From Podarcis melisellensis (Eukaryota), in the NCBI GenBank assembly GCA_964234715.1, contig OZ174278.1: a DNA stretch of 64,000 nucleotides; one strand, given 5' to 3'. Numbering within the stretch: the first letter of the stretch is position 1; every line of letters begins with the position of its first letter. Positions 62,000 to 64,000 of the stretch are shown in pieces. A program made the translations under genes and the position numbers. The notes under the pieces are model-generated. The model made no database searches and had not been told where the DNA came from. It worked only from the letters and a program-made list of their open reading frames with translations.

Positions 62000-64000
62000 T
62001 CCTAGGAAAACCTTAACACCATTAACCTTTGGGAGCCCTGTATGGCTATTTGTGTCAATGTAAAGAGCCTGAAGCTCCAGCATTTTCTGCACATTAGGTA
62101 TCTGGTCCCTCCTCCATCTGGGAGCACACATAGCACTTCTCACCTCCCAAGCCTGCAGGAGTGGAGGAGCGCTAATCCATTGAGTGTCACCGTGACGTTC
62201 ATGTGAAATAAAATATATGCTGCAACCCACCCTCAATGAATATATTTAATACAGACTTAAACTGGTTAACATTCATGTCCTCTTTCTAGAAAATCCTGGG
62301 GATTGGAATTCAGGGGGTTCACCAGGGATTCTTTTCATGTGTCATGGAAAAATCGGAAATGAATAAATCCTTTGAGTTAACCAGGACCTGCAATAAAGTA
62401 GGTGGTGGAAATGCTTTTTAAAATTGGCCAGGTAGCAACTCTGACACCTTCACTGAAGGTCAACAGCCACTTTTTCTGATCTAATGTGAACTTCTGCAGC
62501 TCATTAGTCTTGGAGAACAGCATGCTGGGAAAGGTGGAGCTTTTAAAGATAAACCTTGTTGTTTCTTGTTATTGCCAGAGTCTTATCTGATATAAATGCC
62601 CAAAGGCACGTTTCTTGGTTCCCTATCACAACCACATCCCCTAAAAGCCATTGTGTGCTAAAGCAGCATGTCAAAGCTCCTATTTATTATTGATGTGAAT
62701 AAAATGAGCATGGTGTATTTATGCAGTCTGTGTTGGGGGGGGGGGGTACTCAATACTGCAAGATTGTCCAAGGCTTTTAAAATTGAATATTTTCCCCTTG
62801 TAAGTTTGAGTATTGTCTGTAATTATATTTTACTACACGGCAAGTTCTGCACAACTGAGATAATATCTTTTGAATGTATTTTTGAAGGCACTTAGCATGT
62901 TGTGAAGGCTACCGCAATAAAAAAAGAGTAATACCTTATTCACAAAAGACACAAACATCAATAAGAGCAGCTGGCAGAGAATGGTGCATTATATTCATGA
63001 TAATTCTGTATATACAAATACATTTGTGACAAAAGAATGCACTTGTTAGCAGGAAGGGATGAAATTGGGAGAAAGAGAAGCATGCAGTTCATTGATGCCG
63101 CTGTTATTAATAGAAGCAATTTATGAAAAATAATGAAATATTCTGAGGAAAGCCGTTAAAGTAGATTAATTCTTTTAGGAAAGTGAATTAATTTCCATGT
63201 TCTGCTTTCATTAAGAGGTCCTACTCTGACATGCATGGTGTATTATAGCTAGCTGAATAACTTTTAGTTACCCACACATCCTAAGTGACAGTCTAGTTAC
63301 TAGGAGTATATACTGACTACAAGATTCAGTTCAAATGCTGAAATGGTGTTTTAAAAACAACTCATTGAGACCCAAATGACTTCAAAGGCTGCTCACTTAA
63401 GGGGCTGAGGTGGAGTCCACTTTTTGGGAAAGTCAGGTTTTCTTCCCTCTATGCCATTTACTATTGGAAAATCAGTAAAAGGTTATAATTTGTTTTTCCT
63501 TTCAAGGCAGTAAAAAGGTGCTGATTCTAAACTTTAAAGCCATATATAGCTTGGGAACCAGATCCTTTAAAGATCCCACAGGTTCCTTTCTTTAAATGTT
63601 AGTATAGTCACACAGGAAATTGTCTTATACAAAATCAGATTGTTGTCTGTCTGTTCTGGTATCACTGAATGGCAACCAGCTCTCCTGGCTTTCAAACTAG
63701 AGCCTTTCTCAGCATTCATGAAAGTGACCCAAAGTGAACTACAAGTTATAAAACCAGTTATAAAAACACATTGATGCATATAAGAGACAGGATTTGCAGA
63801 TTCCACCCCACTAAAAGAGTCCACAAATGCATGAAACCCTTCAAATTAAGGGCCAAAAGCCTGAGTAAAAAAAGGAAAGGTTTTGCACCTAAAAGATGGC
63901 ATCAGGCATGCTACTGAAAAGGACTGTTTTTGTGTTGCTACCCTCCAGACCTCCTGTGAAGGGGGCACAAAGATAAGGGCCTTGGAGGATGAACACAGGG

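Overview
Vertebrate nuclear DNA, most likely a lacertid lizard (inferred from Sauria SINE with (ACCTTT)n tail, Squam3-like SINE with (CTT)n tail, Bov-B, and squamate-type hAT/Tigger MITEs). I recognise no host protein-coding gene, so the window looks intronic or intergenic. It is AT-rich and dense in repeats. The dominant feature is a young L1 retrotransposon (19381-25090) with an apparently complete 5' end, a CpG-rich 5'UTR, an uninterrupted ORF1 (329 aa) and an uninterrupted ORF2 (1244 aa; APE-RT-CCHC). Two things about it are atypical. It stops 29 nt after the ORF2 stop codon with no poly(A) tail or AATAAA. It is also bracketed by a 1,361-bp direct repeat of ordinary-looking genomic DNA (18020-19380 and 25091-26451; one mismatch by eye) instead of a short target-site duplication. 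Candidate explanations are a giant TSD from internally primed integration, reintegration of a 7,071-bp circle or an inter-allelic template switch, or an assembly artefact. The rest of the window holds LINE fragments (Bov-B, other RTE, L2, Rex1/Babar, CR1, an old L1), SINEs, many MITEs with clean TSDs, a degenerate Penelope/hammerhead-like inverted pair, and microsatellites. All family names come from recognition by eye, not from database searches.
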